Assembly: GCA_965228735.1 (NCBI GenBank)
Contig: OZ245838.1
Coordinates: 5,312,001 to 5,376,000, forward strand
DNA from: Planctomycetota bacterium
GTDB lineage: Bacteria > Planctomycetota > UBA1135 > UBA2386
DNA: 64,000 nt
Direction of reading: 5' to 3'
Shown: in pieces, positions 62,230-64,000 of the stretch
How the letters are laid out: every line of letters begins with the position of its first letter
How positions within the stretch are numbered: position 1 is the first letter of the stretch
Translations under genes and position numbers: made by a program
The notes under the pieces: generated by a model
The model's database searches: none
Told to the model about the DNA's origin: nothing
What the model saw: the letters and a program-made list of their open reading frames with translations, nothing else

Positions 62230-63819
62230 TCAGCGGTTGCCGCTGGCCTCGGCGGCCGCGGCCGCGCGTTCGTCCTTCTGCCGCTGCACCATCACGGCGA
62301 CATCGGCGAGCAACGCCTTGCTGTCGTAGACGATGCCGTCCTTGATGGTGTAACGCACTCCGCCGACGCGCGTTGGCTCGCCGCTCTCGTCGTCGAGCTT
62401 GAGTGCGCCGGTGCCGTAGAGCACCTTGAAGTTGGCCAGCGGGTTCTCCTCGACGAGCACGAGGTCCGCGAGCATGCCCTTGCGGATCACGCAGAACTCG
62501 ATCGGCTTCCCCTTCGGCTCGAAGATCGTCCGCGCGCAGTTCATCGTCGCGGCCTGGATCACCTCGAGCGGGTGGAAGCCGGCTTCTTGCAGCAGCTCGA
62601 ACTCCTCGATGTGGCCGAAGCCGTAGGTCTTGTAGATGAAGCCCGCGTCGGCGCCGACCGTGATGCGGCCGCCCATGCGTTTGTAGTCGTTCACGAGCTG
62701 CATCCAGACGCGATAGAAGTTGCGCCACGCGACCTCGTCGGCCGTCGTCCAGTAGAACCAGTACGAACCGTGGAAGCTGCGGCTCGGCGCGAAGAAGTCC
62801 ATGAGTGACGGCAGCGTGTAGCGGTCGTGCCACTCGGCGCACCGCGCGCGCATCAGGTCGCGGTTGGCGGCGTAGATCGTCATCGTCGGGTTGAAGACGG
62901 TGCCGAGCTCGAGGTGTTCCTGCAGGTAGGCGTTCCACTCGTCGCTGCCGGGCGGATGGATCTTGTCCCACAGCCGGGCGACCTGCGCGAAGCGCATCTG
63001 CTCGTCGTTGTAGTTCATGTCGACGGGCCACGGCTGCACGACGTGGTCCTTCATGAGCGCTTCGAAGTGCCCGTAGAAGTGCGTCACCGTCTGCAGGCCC
63101 ATGCGCGCGGCGTCGATCGCGTTCATCTGCGCGACACCGGTCTGCGCGAGGTGCGCGATCGTGCCGAGGCCGTGCTTCTCGGCCTCGAGCAGCAGCTGCC
63201 GCATGACCGTCGGCTCGTAGGCGCCGAGCTTGATCCCGTCGAGCCCCGTCGCCACGCGGGCCTCGACCCAGCGCGTCGCCGCCTCGGCGGAGTGCACACC
63301 GTTCGGTCGCTGGTAGTTGAAGATTCGCGGTGCAGTGATCTCGTTCTTGCTGCTGCGCGCTTTCTCGCTCTCCGTCCAGTCGTGGCCGGCGAGCGGCACG
63401 CCGCGGACCGTCGTGATGCCGTGCGCGAGCCAGAGCTTGTAGACGTACTCCGCCTCCGGCGCCTTCTTGCCGCCACCGCAGTGCGCGTGCATGTCGATGA
63501 AGCCGGGCAGCAGGTACATCCCGCGCGCATCGATGACCTTGGTCGGCCGCAGCGCGGGCCCGCCGACGGCGCTGATCTTGTTGCCCGAGATCAGTACGTT
63601 CGTCGGTCCGCGCGGCGGCGCGCCCGTGCCGTCGATCACGATCGCGCCGCGCAGCAGGAGGCGTTCGTAGGGACCTTCCCCCTCGTCATCCGGTCGGTCC
63701 GGCGCCGGGGCGGGGTTCTGCGCGGCGAGCAGCGAGGCGAGGACCCCGACCATCAGGGTCGTCAGCGGGGCGAACGAGCGCGCCGAACGGGTTCGGCGGG
63801 GACGGAACGGTGTGGGCAT
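62230..63819 (-). CDS. Exported amidohydrolase
   Basis: IDGTGAPP, PGFIDMHAH, HGITTVR, GADAGF and G.LADLVLVEENPL motifs. Confidence 0.9.
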   Translation of the reverse strand: MPTPFRPRRTRSARSFAPLTTLMVGVLASLLAAQNPAPAPDRPDDEGEGPYERLLLRGAIVIDGTGAPPRGPTNVLISGNKISAVGGPALRPTKVIDARGMYLLPGFIDMHAHCGGGKKAPEAEYVYKLWLAHGITTVRGVPLAGHDWTESEKARSSKNEITAPRIFNYQRPNGVHSAEAATRWVEARVATGLDGIKLGAYEPTVMRQLLLEAEKHGLGTIAHLAQTGVAQMNAIDAARMGLQTVTHFYGHFEALMKDHVVQPWPVDMNYNDEQMRFAQVARLWDKIHPPGSDEWNAYLQEHLELGTVFNPTMTIYAANRDLMRARCAEWHDRYTLPSLMDFFAPSRSFHGSYWFYWTTADEVAWRNFYRVWMQLVNDYKRMGGRITVGADAGFIYKTYGFGHIEEFELLQEAGFHPLEVIQAATMNCARTIFEPKGKPIEFCVIRKGMLADLVLVEENPLANFKVLYGTGALKLDDESGEPTRVGGVRYTIKDGIVYDSKALLADVAVMVQRQKDERAAAAAEASGNR

Positions 63820-63869
63820 GGTGCGACCGAGCGGGAGGGGGCTCGATCTTACCGCTGGTCGGGCACAGT

Positions 63870-63962
63870 GCGACTCGGGCAGGGGGCGACGCGGGCAGGG
63901 GGCGACGCGGGCAGCGGGCGACGCGGGGAGCGGGCGACTCGGGCAGCGGGCGACGCGGGGAG
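63870..63962. repeat. 16-bp tandem repeat, about 6 copies
   Basis: gcgac(t/g)cggg(c/g)ag(g/c)gg units at 63870, 63886, 63902, 63918, 63934 and 63950. Confidence 0.9.
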
Positions 63963-64000
63963 AGCGCGGCGCGGGCTCGACCCTCGGCCGCGCGCCGAAT

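Overview
This is a very GC-rich, gene-dense bacterial chromosomal window. Gene content suggests an uncultured Planctomycetota member: DUF1549/DUF1553 plus DUF1501, DUF1592-type plus DUF1552, DUF1080, and an ECF sigma factor with a long C-terminal extension. About 45 CDSs are supported, mostly hydrolases, peptidases, methyltransferases, exported proteins, an IorAB-type molybdoenzyme cluster, larA, trmK, a helicase and an orphan ParB-like protein. I saw no rRNA, tRNA, CRISPR array, integrase or transposase. The main result is two hidden, apparently exported selenoprotein genes about 3 kb apart that the ORF track splits at in-frame UGA codons. One is a BCP/PrxQ peroxiredoxin (PKAATGG-U-TKQMC, 49649..50200) and the other an MsrA (TFALG-U-FW, 53224..54057). 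Each UGA replaces the catalytic Cys and is followed by a SECIS-like hairpin with a shared CGGNNCG apex. Other notable items are a candidate C-terminal sorting-like domain recurring on several unrelated exported proteins, a REP-doublet/MITE-like 32-bp inverted repeat, and four degenerate tandem duplications anchored on stop codons. All family assignments come from motif recognition by eye, not from database searches.
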